From the NCBI GenBank assembly GCA_951406725.2, contig OX597814.1:224502001-224566000 (forward strand): a stretch of DNA of 64,000 nucleotides. The letters run 5' to 3'. The notes beneath the pieces are model-generated. The model searched no databases. It worked only from the letters and a program-made list of their open reading frames with translations, and was not told where the DNA came from. The DNA is from Octopus vulgaris. Lineage: Eukaryota. Positions within the stretch are counted from its first letter, which is position 1. Every line of letters begins with the position of its first letter. Shown here one piece after another: positions 39,242 through 52,297 of this stretch. The position numbers and the translations under genes were made by a program.

Positions 39242-40182
39242 TGGCTACAATAATACTGATAACGATAGCGCATATGAAATTAACGAGAGTTTTTATTGAA
39301 CTAATTCTACAATGGCTCACAGCCTGTTAGTCTGTGTCTAATATGTCTGATTGGCTAAAATAGTACACGTAACAACGATGAAACTAAAGGTCTTCTACGT
39401 AAGACCGCAACAGATATGATAAGATATATTTAAAAAATTGATAACGTTCTTATCATTTTACAGTCTTATTCTTACTTCTAAGAATCGATAAAAACTGACA
39501 TTTGCATGTCAAATCCAATTCATTTCCTTTACTTGTTTGTCATAACAATCTAAAAATTTTACATTTTGACCTTGTCTGTTCTGAGTTCAAATCGTTCTTA
39601 ATTGTCTTTACTTTTCAATCCTCCACAGTCAATAGCAAACAATCGACTATGCCTTTCTCCAGCAATGTACGAGCAAATGTTTATATCACATTACTGGTGT
39701 CCGTGTCGGCCCGAGGCTATGGTACGAGACACTTGCTTGAACGTCTCCACTTTTTGCATCTCTGCATATAAACATGATTTGTATTTCATACCCAAACTGT
39801 TATATTTAATATCTCTAACTTGTTTATCCACACAATTGCCTCTACACACATTTATCTTTATATGTGAGATCATAACACATAAAAACATGGAGAAAATTGT
39901 GCACCTATGCAAATAAAGGTGCTAATTTAAAAAAATAATAATAAATGCATAAGACTATGCATCTGAAAAATGTGTAATTCTTAGAGGTATGTGCATAACT
40001 GAATACTTCTATTTACGTTTGCGTATGTGCATGCGTTTCAATATGCAAGTGTTTAATTACAGGCGTCATTTTGTGCACTTAAATACACATATATTCAATA
40101 GAGACATAAAGCTATAACATATATACATATACATGTATGTATGTATATATATCTATAATATATATATATACAACATATAAAT

Positions 40183-40237
<55 letters not shown>

Positions 40238-40238
40238 C

Positions 40239-40985
40239 ACGTGGTTTAATCAAAAGGTATCTGGACTGTTACAATAGTAACGAAGCTAAAGCACTCAAAG
40301 TGAAGCCGCTTGCCACATATTAACCTTGAACTCCACTGTGCATGCGCAGTTTTAACGTTCTAGCCCATTTCCCTGTTTAGAGCAGTGCTTGGAAGGAAGG
40401 TGTGTAGCATGTGATCGTCGCATTGACCATGGCAGAGAAAGTTAAACAGATAATCTGCATCAAATTTTGCCATTTGAATATGAGACCCGCGTCTCATATT
40501 CAAATCTTCAATGATAATGGACTGGACTGAACCGAATCGTCACTAATCTGTACATCCTCTAATAACTCACGGATGGTGATTCGGCGATTTCTCCTCACAG
40601 CTGCACGCACATCTACGATGTTTTTCCTCAGTTCTGCTGGTTGCGGGTCTCCCAGAACGTTCGTCAATATCGGCATCTTTCGGCCATCTTGGAAACGTCT
40701 GAAACTCTCATACACTTGTGTGCGGCTTATACACTCCTCTCCATACACTTTCTGCAACGTTATATTGGCCTCTGACCAGGTATTGCTATGACAAATTTCT
40801 CTGTCATGATCAATGCGACGATCATACACTACACACCTTCCTACCAAGCACTGCTGTAAACAGCGGAATTAACCTAGAACGTTGAAACTTAGTGTGGATG
40901 CACAGCAGAGTTCAAGGTCAATTTTTGCCACGCAGCTTTACTCTGTGTGCTTCAGCTTCATTACTATGTCAACAGTCCAGATGAC
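40239..40985. mobile_element. Mariner derivative built from two inverted 5' ends
   Basis: 40260-40440 is the imperfect reverse complement of 40795-40982. Left arm encodes MAEKVKQIICIKFC; minus strand encodes HTH region LQKVYGEECISRTQVYESFRRFQDGR...RRITIREL. Confidence 0.88.
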
Positions 40986-41217
40986 CCCTAGATAGAAGAT
41001 AAACTGTTTGTACTTCAAATTTTTATTAATTTTTACTGATATTTGATAAGATGAGATTCATCATCGAAACCAATGATATTTTCTTTATATAATTTTAAAA
41101 ATCATTTTATGAAATTCCTTCTTAAATTGAAATGTCTTAGATTTACTTCTGTACTATTTCCACCTACATCTTTTATATATAAAAATCTGATTTGTATAGA
41201 ACTAATCTTTTTTCGAC

Positions 41218-41273
<56 letters not shown>

Positions 41274-41299
41274 AACATATATATATCTGAAGTCGTAAG

Positions 41300-41590
41300 A
41301 CACCCGCTGTTTTGTCCTGTTATTACTATTCTTGTTTTTTATTTCTATTTTTTGTTTCTTGTGGCATCCTGTCCTTGTTTCGTATACATTCGATCCTTTT
41401 TCCAAGAAATCTAATGCTCGTAGCTTAGTTTTTCTTTGGTGCTGGCCGTATCGGAGCGATATTAGGATTAATCAGCCGAAATTGCTAAGATGATCCGGTT
41501 CCCGACTGAAGATTAGAGGCTTCGAATGACCCGTCTGTTTTTTTGTGTCGTCCCTTTGTGTGTTTTTGCGTTCTTGTCCCATTTTGTAAT
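41300..41590 (+). mobile_element. Diverged solo Penelope-associated terminal repeat
   Basis: ccaagaaatctaatgctc.tagcttag...cagccgaaattgc...cgactgaaga...cgaatgacccgt; homologous to 35010-35240 and the reverse complement of 4208-4450. Confidence 0.75.
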
Positions 41591-41609
41591 TTATATTTAA
41601 TTTCTATAC

Positions 41610-41642
<33 letters not shown>

Positions 41643-43235
41643 CATATATACACACATATACTTTCATACACACAAAAACATACATATATAAAATACTTCG
41701 TGCATATGCAGCCCCCAAATGCATATTTATGTACGTCTGAGCGTATATAAACTTGTGAACTATCTCTATGGTGTATTCGTATAATTGCTTCTTGCTTGTC
41801 AGTATACACACACACACACATACATACATACATACATACATACATACATACATACATACATACATACATACATACATACATACATAGGTACACACATACA
41901 CATATATATAAATATATACACACACACACACACACGCATGCATATGCATGCATGTATGTGTGTAAATGTATATGTAATTGTAGATATGTTTTATTTTCCC
42001 AAGCTTTCAGTGCGGGTTAACTAGTCCACATTTATCATTGTCAAAATAAATTCATTGCTTTTATAAACAGACGAGTAATAAAGAAATGCCTGTTTTGGCT
42101 TACTTTTTTAAGGTTGGTTATGTTATCATAGCTAAGTATAATTAGTAGATTCTATCGTAGAACATTCACTCTGGGAGGATAATGACTGATTCTCGGGACC
42201 GGTGTTTTCTAGAGTTGTTAGCTGTTCTTCATTCCCAGATCTGCCTTGATCGTGCTGACTTATGATCGAATGCACACCAGTAGTGGGAATTCCTTCTTTA
42301 CTGATGTACTGCATCTAGGATTTGCAATGTGTAATGTCTCCTTTATTTACAGAGAATAGCGTATGATTTGAGGAAGGTTTGGCTGCGATTCCTAACAGGT
42401 CGAGCAACCATTGAGAGTCTCCCTTTTTGGTGAAATGTGGGGTTTGTCATGAACTTCAAAATTGGCTGACATTTTTCTTTTGAAAATAAAAAAAAATTAA
42501 AACGACTTTTTGTAAACAGTACATTTAAATTATTTTATTGAATTGTCAAAATTTACCTTTCATTTATTCAAAAGGAAAAAATTAACAACAGTAATAACTT
42601 GTACGCCCAAGAATCATGGAGTATTTTCATAAAACCTGTTATCAGATCTCCACAATGAGAGTCATATTATTCAATTTTCTCTCTGTTATGGTTTTTGTAA
42701 ATAAATACCCAAGCATTTACTGTAAAATCAACCAAAATGGAAAGAACTAAGGGCATTCAGTGATAGGTTTTAATTTTGTTGCAATGGTAATAATACATCT
42801 CACCTATGTCAGCTGCATCAGTGTTAATGTATTTGTTCTGGTACTCACGTGACCTGGTTACGTCGGCATGTCGATGATGAAGTGGTCTTAGATAACACTC
42901 TTAAATATCCAAGTTTATTTATGGTAACATTATGCTTTGCTGGTGATATTAAATATGAACTTGGTCTTTTCAATACGGATTTCCATTTCCAAAATTTTTA
43001 GGGTGTTTGGTTTGAAACAAGGCATCAATTTTGTAAGTTCATTCTAACTTTCAGCTAATATATCAATAGAAAAATATAGATTCAAGCGATGTAAGAGATA
43101 TGTAGAAAAAATGATATTCATTTATTTTTATATATTCATTAGCAAGTTAATTTGACTGTAACCATAAAGTGATGCAACCAAAGGTTTCGGTTTCGGAGTA
43201 AACAGACGTTGGAAATACGATTAAATACGAAGTGA

Positions 43236-43274
<39 letters not shown>

Positions 43275-43280
<6 letters not shown>

Positions 43281-43518
43281 CATCTAGTTTCAGCTCACGA
43301 GCTGTGGCCATACTGGAGCATTGCCATTTGGTGCTGATACATAATTTTACTTCACGAATGCTTTTTAGCAATTGACATTTGGTGCATGAGAGAGTTTGAT
43401 GCAGCTGCCCTCATCTGCACCTCCTGCCGCGTAGTTGGTTCATCTGGGACACCTGACAGGAAGTGTTCCAGCTTTATTTTGAAGACACCTACATCCACCC
43501 CATGCAGGTCTCTCAGTT

Positions 43519-43520
<2 letters not shown>
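43275..43520 (-). mobile_element. CR1-clade LINE extreme 3' end
   Basis: ELRDLHGVDVGVFKIKLEHFLSGVPDEPT...AAASNSLMHQ, then a 3' UTR ending tgctccagtatggccacagc...ctgaaactaga. Confidence 0.8.
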
Positions 43521-43560
<40 letters not shown>

Positions 43561-43580
43561 ATATACGGATGGGCGGATAG

Positions 43581-43658
<78 letters not shown>

Positions 43659-44227
43659 GAGGTAGGAATGTAAATATCTTGATTTCTGTGAGCACCGGTC
43701 GAAAGACTGTCGTGAATAAGTGTAAAGGCTTTTGGTCGTAAAGGGTACTTTGTATTAGCTACAAGAGTCTCGTTGCTGAAATGTGTTTGTCATGGATAGA
43801 AGGCGATAAGGCTGCTCGCTACAACGGTTGTCTGAATTTTCCCCGCTTTCACCAATTAGGTATACCTGTTGATATACCATCTTACAAATCGCTGACTGGC
43901 TGAATAAAACTAATTCAACTAATCAACCCGTCAAGTAATTCTCTGAATGAAAGTTTGTACGGCTAGCAGGTCATAAATGTAGTTCACTTTTATTAGAAGA
44001 GGTTCATTGCACATCCATATAATCGGTGGGTTGTATCTAATTGTCCCATACATTGGCAATGCTAAGATATTCTTGTACTGCAGAAGGTATCAACTATGTT
44101 CTGGTGGGAGGGGGTCATTCTATTATCCTACAACGTTAATTTCCACAAGTACTGCGTTCGTACGTTTTTAACAGAGCCGTCAAAAACATTTAACAAAATT
44201 GAAGCATAATATATATTTCATCATAGT

Positions 44228-44560
44228 GAAGGCGCATGGCTCAGTGGTTAGAGCGTCGAGCTTACGATCGTGATGTTGTGAGTTCGATTCTCGGACCGGG
44301 CTGCGTGTTGTGTTCTTGAGCAAGACACTTTATTTCACGTTGCTCCAGTTAACTCAGCTGTAGAAATGAGTTGCGACGTCACTGGTGCCAAGCTGTATCG
44401 GCCCCTTTGCCTTTCCCTTGGATAACATCTGTGGTATGGAGAGTGGAGGTTGGTATGCTTGGACGACTGCTGGCCTTCCACAAACAATCTTGCTCGGACT
44501 TGTACCTTGGAGGGTAACTTTCTAGGTGCAATCCCATGGTCATTCATGACAGAAGGAGCT
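44228..44560 (+). mobile_element. tRNA-derived SINE family 3 (CORE-like segment ttgtgttcttgagcaagacactt)
   Basis: A box tggctcagtgg, B box gagttcgattc; further copies at 61531-61860 and 35910-36220. Confidence 0.9.
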
Positions 44561-46308
44561 CTCCTCCATACTGGATTATAGTTCATAATAATCCCTTTAA
44601 ACCCAGTCAAATATTTCAACAAGTCATTTAATATACTTGTATATCTACTGTGCAAATTGGAAAAAAAAAACTTACCTTGCCTGCACTACTGGTGAACCCT
44701 TTTACTTATTGGTCATACTTCTTTATTTAAGCAAGGTACTACATCTTATGCGCTGGATATGAATGCACTGAAGAATTTGAAATCAAAATGAAATCTTAAG
44801 TTATGTAAATAACAAAATAAACCAAAAAGTGTAATAATCAAGACTATTGAAAAGGTTGCAAGACGCAACGGAAATTTTAGGAAGATAAAAATAAGAAATA
44901 AGTGGAAATTTTACCCGTGAGTGTGTTAAATTATAAGGCACAAAAAGAAAATGACTCTCCCCAGACACAACAGAATATGCTTCAACACACGAACTCATAT
45001 ATGGAATCTTGCAAACCAAATCCAAAAACGAAATGTAATAATCAAATTTGATAGAAAAACCTGGAAATTCTATTGAGCTCGTCTTAAAGCTCAGCTAAAA
45101 TTCATGAGTCACGTTATTATAATTTAGATTTTTAATCAATCTTTTGACTTAGCATTTTCACGAAACACTCTTAGTTTACAGATAGTTTAAAAGTCAAACA
45201 ACCAAGCATAATAGACTAACCCAGTTTTAAGTTACATTTTGAATGTAATAATTTTGTCCATTCTCTGTGAAACCATATATTGTTTCACCAAGTATTTGTT
45301 GCGAATGTTAATGTTCTATTGTTTCAAACAAGAATTATATAACACATTGTAGCTATTCCACTTTTGTGTATACTTCTCTGATACACAACATTAAAAAAGT
45401 TCTTTGGAGTCTTTAGGAGTTCATGTAACACTATTATTATTATTCAGCGTGAAATTGAATAAACTCATGCGATTTTCTCTCAATGTGTAATCACTTTATT
45501 AAGCCTGAAGTTACTCATTTACTGGTTTCAATATATGGCCTATCACGATTCTGGAGGACTTCATACACGGTTTTGGTCGATAATATCGAAGCCAGTATAA
45601 ATTTAGGTCACGTATTTAATTTATAGGTTTCTCAAACTTCTAGATAACATGACATCAAAGAACACAACACCGCTTTTTTTCTTTAAAAATCAGTGTAAAC
45701 ATAAACACAAGTGCATACACAAACAGACGTATTTATACATATATACATACAGCATATACATACATTCATATGTGTGTGTCTATGTATGTGTGTCTATGTG
45801 TGTGTACACACATATTTACATAGATACAAATATATATATATACATTCATACATGCATAAACACACACCCACACACACGCACACACACAAACACACACACA
45901 CACATATAGTCAACAGATGAGAACCAGAGATTCTCAGTATAGAAGGCACTTAATAGTGATCAAATGATTCAAACCTAGACTCCGATGTCTTTACAGGAGG
46001 TCAGTTCCAGGGGGTAAAGAATGGCTATATATGGGGGATGAAGTCGAGCAGATATAGAGGTAATTATACGGATAAACAAACTAGATATATTAATCATAGC
46101 AGTTTGAGCATGAAATACAAAATATGTATATGTGTATAGATGCGAAACCAGAAAAAGCAAAAAGTGGAGAGTTTCAAACGATGAATATTTAAGTATAAAT
46201 ATATAGATATTTACATTAATAGATTCAACTTACACAGATTACAAACGACTGAGGAATTATACATATATACATCTTTTGTATTTCATAGCCAAACTGTCAT
46301 ATTTAATA

Positions 46309-46882
46309 CTAGTTTAAAAGCCGCACTCATTGTGGACTTTTAGGCTAGCTCCTGCGGAGGGCTAGTTGAGCATGCGGCCCAAAACTAAGAAGAGAAATAA
46401 TAAGCATTTATTGGTATCCTACCATCTCAGATTTATATCACATTTGGAGAATTTTGCATCATTGTGACGTCTGGAGATCACAGGTTTACCATTTGGTGTG
46501 ATTATAAAGAGACTGTGGCCATCTCCAACTCTGGAACGGCCAATATAGAACTGACCATGAGAAAAGCACTGCTTCGTGAGGTGAAGTCCAACAATTTTCA
46601 GTGAGTGTCCTTCACTCTTCTTAATTGACATTGTTAAACTAACTCTTACTGGAAATTGAAGTCTCTTAAATTTAAAGGGCATGTCTACTAGAATCAGTGG
46701 AATTCTTGGAATAAACATATTTTCCCCTTTTCTTCCAAAATAGGTGGATGCACTTGCCTGACAATTAGTCTTGTTCCATTGCACAGTTTTGGGGATCCAG
46801 ATTTCTCAAAAGTATGATTGGGACTCCTTTCTTCAATGTCAGTTTGTGAGAAGGCCTTCCAGGAGGATCCAAAGAGTTAAGT
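46309..46882 (-). mobile_element. Helitron 3' fragment (Pif1-type helicase C-terminus + CTAG end)
   Basis: NSLDPPGRPSHKLTLKKGVPIILLRNLDP..LCNGTRLIV...FIPRIPL...FKRLQFPVRVSLTMSIKKSEGHSL...FSHGQFY...SRV; a degenerate hairpin then CTAG/T at 46312-46308. Confidence 0.9.
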
Positions 46883-47229
46883 TATTATTATAGACGATAT
46901 ATATACACACACATACACACATATATATATATGTGTGTGTGTTTGTGTGTATGTATAAATGAATCTTTGGCCTTTTTTGATTCTCATTTGTAGTAATTTT
47001 CCTTGCTGTATATTACTGAGAATAGTATTTGAGAATAGTATGAACGTCAAGCACTACCTTCCGCCTGCTTATAAATCCGAGTTCTTGTTAGAAATCATCG
47101 TCGCCATTAAATGATAGTCTGTATGACAAGAATTTAGACGAATCAGTCATCCTGAATTTGGTGATATATTTAGTCAGATTAGAGTAATTTCACACTTGGT
47201 AAATTATAGGTATTAACTATATTGAAAAA

Positions 47230-47560
47230 GGCTGGGAGAATAGTCAGCACGCCGGACAAAATGCATAGCGGCCTTTCTTCCGGCTCTTTACGTTCCGAGT
47301 TCAACTTCCGCCGATGCTGACTTTACTTTTCATCTTTTCGGAATCCTTGAAGTAAGTACCACTTGAGTACTGGGGGTCGATGTAATCGACTTAACCACTC
47401 ACCTCTCCTGAAGTTGCTGGCCTCGAGGTTGATTTTGTCTTTCATGTTTTCGGGATCGATAAAATAAGTACCACATGAGCACTGGGATGGGGGGGGGGGG
47501 GTGATGTAATCAACTTACGGCCCTTCACCACAAAATTTAAGGCCTTGTGCCTATAGGATT
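47230..47560 (+). mobile_element. Old SINE family 1 copies (tail B)
   Basis: Degenerate head, two cores, tail aggccttgtgcctatag. Confidence 0.7.
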
Positions 47561-48032
47561 ATCTGTATTGCAAAAGAAGGATCACAAAGAGAGAAAAAGA
47601 AGGCAGTGCAAAAGATAAGAGAGAAAGTAATAGAGATAGATAGAGAGGGTGAAATTAGAAAGAGAGCGAGGCCGGAAGATATTTGAAGAGCGAGTTAAAG
47701 GGGGTGAAAGGTAAGATAAGTAAATAAGTAGAAATATATAATAGGAAGAAGAAGTAATATGTGGAACGCGATATAGACGTGAAAATAGCAGAAAGATTGG
47801 GTATTTTACCATTATATGACGGGGAGAGTTGTCAGCAGATAACCACGTGACTCTAAAAAACGAGAGTTACAGATGAAAGGTAGACAGAAGGACAAACTGA
47901 TAGTTAAATATATTGAGAGGCAAAAATAACAGATCCTAACAATGACCCACAAGAAAACAAAGATTGTCAGAGACAGAAACTGGAGTGAAGACATACGATG
48001 GTAAAGAGAGAGAGGGAGAGGGAGATAGGGGG

Positions 48033-48064
<32 letters not shown>

Positions 48065-48355
48065 CAGACAGACAGAGACAGAGACAGATACAGAGAGAGA
48101 GAGAGAGACAAAAAAATTGAAGTATAGAGAGGAAGACAGGTCATAAATATGTAACCAGAAAGGATATTACTAATTAGGAGATAACAATTAGAATCCATTA
48201 AGAGAATTATGAAAATATGTAAAGCATTCCAGAATTTTAGGTTTTAGTATGTACAGATAGACACATACAGACACACAACCATGTTTATATCTACATACAC
48301 GTACACAATTACATGCCTACATACATTGCCTACATGTACAATCTATCTATCTATG

Positions 48356-48389
<34 letters not shown>

Positions 48390-48698
48390 TCTCTATATAT
48401 ATGTATGTATATATATATATATATATTCTTGACTTTTAGTTGTTTGCCTGGTGCAGAGGTTGCAGGCCTCTTTTCAAGTCATACTCTTGGCTCCAAGCAC
48501 CTAATGAAGCAGGCGGCCTGTGGCGGGTCAGCACCTTATTAACTGGGGGCTGCCCAGCTTGAGGTGGGCAGTAGCTAACCAATAGGACACGGAGGTCCCT
48601 CCCAGTCACAGCAGGAAATGTATCAGGACATGAAATGTAAAAGCCGGACTAGACTACTTTATGCGCAACTCCATTGTCTCCCGAGACAAAAAGGATGC

Positions 48699-48778
<80 letters not shown>

Positions 48779-49627
48779 CGTGCTTACGTATATGCATATA
48801 GTAAAAGAATTTTTGAAAGTTCAACATATAACATTATCGGGTTTTTTTATCCGAATACCAGCAGAGTTTTGTTTCCTTTTGTCACAAACCATATGGAAGA
48901 AAGATTAAATAATTACAATTAAAATGAAAGACATATATACATAGAGGCATCAAGACATATACACTTACATACGTGCATACATACATGCATGTATACATAC
49001 ATACATACATACATACATACATACATACATAAATACATACATACATACATACATACATACATACATACATACATACATACATACATACATACGTATAACT
49101 ATAAAACTGATGTTCCAACGAAAGGTCTTGTTCCTGGGATGGAGACAGGCGTATCTTTTTTTTCTTTTTCTTTTAGAAAGAAACTTTAAAAAGACCCAAA
49201 GATTTTAACATATAGACAGACAGTTAGAGAGACAATGGAAAAAATAAAAATAATCAAGCAAAAAATTGTAGCAATAAAAATAAATGCAAAGAATATTTTC
49301 GCGTGTCAACCGTGGCCATCCTGAAAAGCATTTTGAAACCCAATTCTGTTTGTTGTGTAACGAAATAGTATTTCTCTCAGCCAGACATTAAGCCTACAAG
49401 AAGTTCCCACCCTAATCTGGCTGACTGGCTTGTCGCATGTGTCTGCGTGTGTGTGTGTGCGTGTGTGTTTGTGTGTGCGTGTGAGTGTGAGTGTGTATGT
49501 GTGCAAATGTTTGTAGGATTGCGCGTATATATGTGTATATATGTCAGTATGTCTGAGCCCTGACTGTTTGCAAACAGCTCAAAGATATTTGATATATTTG
49601 CTTTGTGTCGCCATTATATATATATAC

Positions 49628-49773
<146 letters not shown>

Positions 49774-50267
49774 ATATATACACATGTATATATACACATT
49801 ACATAATGCATATACGTACATATATATATATGTGTGTGTGTGTGTACGTACATACCCACACATATATGTGCATAGATACGTGCACGTGTATAAAAGTGTT
49901 TGTTGCGTGGGCAGTAATTTTTTGTTTTTTCTTCTTTTGAAAAAATAAAATATAAATCATTTACCATTTCTAAATTATGTGAATACGTCAAAGTGTGTGT
50001 AAATTTATATATATTCTCGGGATGCATGTTCCTCTCTAACTAGATCTTCTCAGCGGAATGTATCCTATCACGTATCTAGCAGCTTTCAAGATTATATTGT
50101 ATTCGTGTGAAATTTAGTTCATAATTTATGAATTTAAAATAATGAAAGTGAAAATTTTTCCCGGGGTTGTCTTATGCATAGAGGGCGCATAGGTAAGTAC
50201 AGGCTAACATTCTGAATTTTTAATCAATTGAACTTATCCCTTCCATATATGTATGCATATATGTATG

Positions 50268-50351
<84 letters not shown>

Positions 50352-50917
50352 TTGTTTACTGTCAACTTAACGTGACAGTCCTGTAAGGGAATTTCACCAC
50401 CGCTGTTTAGCCTTAGGAAGCATCGACGCTTCCTGTCGGCTTTGACACATTTCCTGTGTTCTTATCAATTCAGTAATGAAAAATTAAATTATACCATTTA
50501 GAAAAATTACATATTATAGAAAGATTAAATATAAGATAAAACATATAACAATGATTAAGTAATATACAAAATAGTAAATAAAACGTATATATTTTTTTGT
50601 AATTTATCCTCCACCTTCCTTTCTATTGGACTTTCCTCTGTTTCGGAAGAAGAGCGTTGTTCGAACGTCTGCTAATACTTTACATGTACCACGTACTCGC
50701 GTTGTTGTTTTTTCAGGTTTGTTCTTCGTGCAATGCTTCGTTCTTACAAGAGAGACGTGTTTTTTCCTGACCGTTTAGGTTGTCAGTGGATTAGAGTTGT
50801 AAAAACCGTCGTCTCGCTATAATCCGCCGCTGGTTCTTATAAAGTTTCTGACGCGCTTAATAATTTTGCAGTAATAAATCTCAGAGTGAGTTATAAACAG
50901 TAGGTACAACACATCGT

Positions 50918-51134
50918 GACGTATATTTGCCATTTAAATATGGCTAACCCCTAAGGGTGGATGCTACTGTAGTTTGTAGCTTCAGGAGGACACCTCCGCC
51001 AGCTGGCTATAAACACAATATAGGGCACAGAAAGTGTGTCTATAGCCAGCTGGAGGAGGTGTCCTCCTGGGGCTACAAACTACAGTAGCATCCAGCCTTA
51101 GGAGTTAACCATATTTAAATGGCAAATATACGTC
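50918..51134. repeat. Long inverted repeat, about 100-bp arms with a short spacer
   Basis: gacgtatatttgccatttaaatatgg...gctggctata.acac mirrored with several mismatches. Confidence 0.95.
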
Positions 51135-51153
51135 TTAATAATTTTCATTATGC

Positions 51154-51205
51154 ACTAGCAGTATCGCCCGGCGTTGCTCGGGTTGTAAGGGAAATAACTA
51201 TATAA
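51154..51205 (-). mobile_element. Helitron-type terminus
   Basis: actagcagtatcgCCCGgcgttgctCGGG: on the minus strand a GC-rich hairpin about 10 nt before CTAG/T. Confidence 0.7.
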
Positions 51206-51719
51206 AAGAAGTGGTTCTGAGTCAACGAAGGGCTTGCTCGGGACGACTGATCTCTTTTGAAGACTTTATGCATACGTAATCTATCAAAGTGGCAAATGAA
51301 CATGGGAAGCCCACTCTACCTTGTAACCATGAGATGTGGATGTTTGATAACCGTCAGATATTTTAGCGACAACAGATATTTCATTCCTATTGCCGTTGAT
51401 GCTGTCCATCAATTTTTTTTTTTACTGACGACCAGGAGTCGGATTGGACTTATGAATTCCTTGTTACTGACGTGACGTAGATTGCGATTATTCAAAAAAA
51501 CAAAACTGAACCAAAGAATTGGCTACTTTGTGGCTAAATTAATTATGCTATCATAAAATAAACGATAAACATAACTTTCTAGATCCAACCTTCATTTTAA
51601 AACAAACTGATGGTAGGTTGTGGCCCACAGTCAATTCGGGGGGTAGATCGACTTTCTGTCGATTCAACACTCATCTAAAATATCAACTGCAGACAGCAGG
51701 ACGGGCCAACGAAGGAGTT

Positions 51720-51847
51720 TGCAGGAGTGGCTGTGTGGAAAGAAGCTTGCTTACCAACCACATGGCTCCGGGTTCAGTCCCACTGCGTGACACCTTCGGT
51801 AAGTGTCTTCTACTATAGCCTCGGGCCGACCAAGGCCTTGTGAGCGG

Positions 51848-51888
<41 letters not shown>

Positions 51889-52297
51889 CGCAGGAGTGGC
51901 TGTGTGGTAAGTAGCTTGCTTACCAACCCACATGGTTCCGGCTTCAGTCCCACTGCGTTGCACCTTGGGCAAGTGTCTTCTGCTATAGCCCCGGGCCGAC
52001 CAAAGCCTTGTGAGTGGATTTGGTAGACGGAAACTGAAAGAAGCCCGTCGTATATATGTACATATATATATGTGTGTGCGTGTATGTTTGTGTGTCTGTG
52101 TTTGTCCCCCTAGCATTGCTTGACAACCGATGCTGGTGTGTTTACGTCCCCGTCACCTAGCGGTTCGGTAAAAGAGACCGATAGAATAAGTACTGGGCTT
52201 ACAAAGAATAAGTCCCGGGGTCGAGTTGCTCGATTAAAGGCGGTGCTCCAGCATGGCCGCAGTCAACTGACTGAAACAAGTAAAAGAGTAAAGAGTA
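51720..52297 (+). mobile_element. SINE family 4: partial head (51720-51850), (TA)n, full copy (51888-52297)
   Basis: Head ggagtggctgtgtggtaag...ttcagtcccactgcg, segment caccttgggcaagtg, internal TA/TG microsatellite, tail ggcggtgctccagcatggccgcag...ctgaaacaag. Confidence 0.92.

Noticed and set aside
44228-44300. tRNA gene candidates at SINE heads (also 16500, 20060, 28212, 61531, 63945)
   Set aside because: A and B boxes present but no complete cloverleaf, and each runs into a repeated SINE body.
44660-44770. Minus-strand AG/GTAAGT splice donor (acttacct on plus, also U1-like)
   Set aside because: All three upstream frames contain stops and there is no further U1 similarity.
48500-48590. 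Possible HDV-like ribozyme (CTGCCCA/TGGGCAG hairpin followed by GCTAA)
   Set aside because: Could not build P1 and P1.1 in the required nested double-pseudoknot order.
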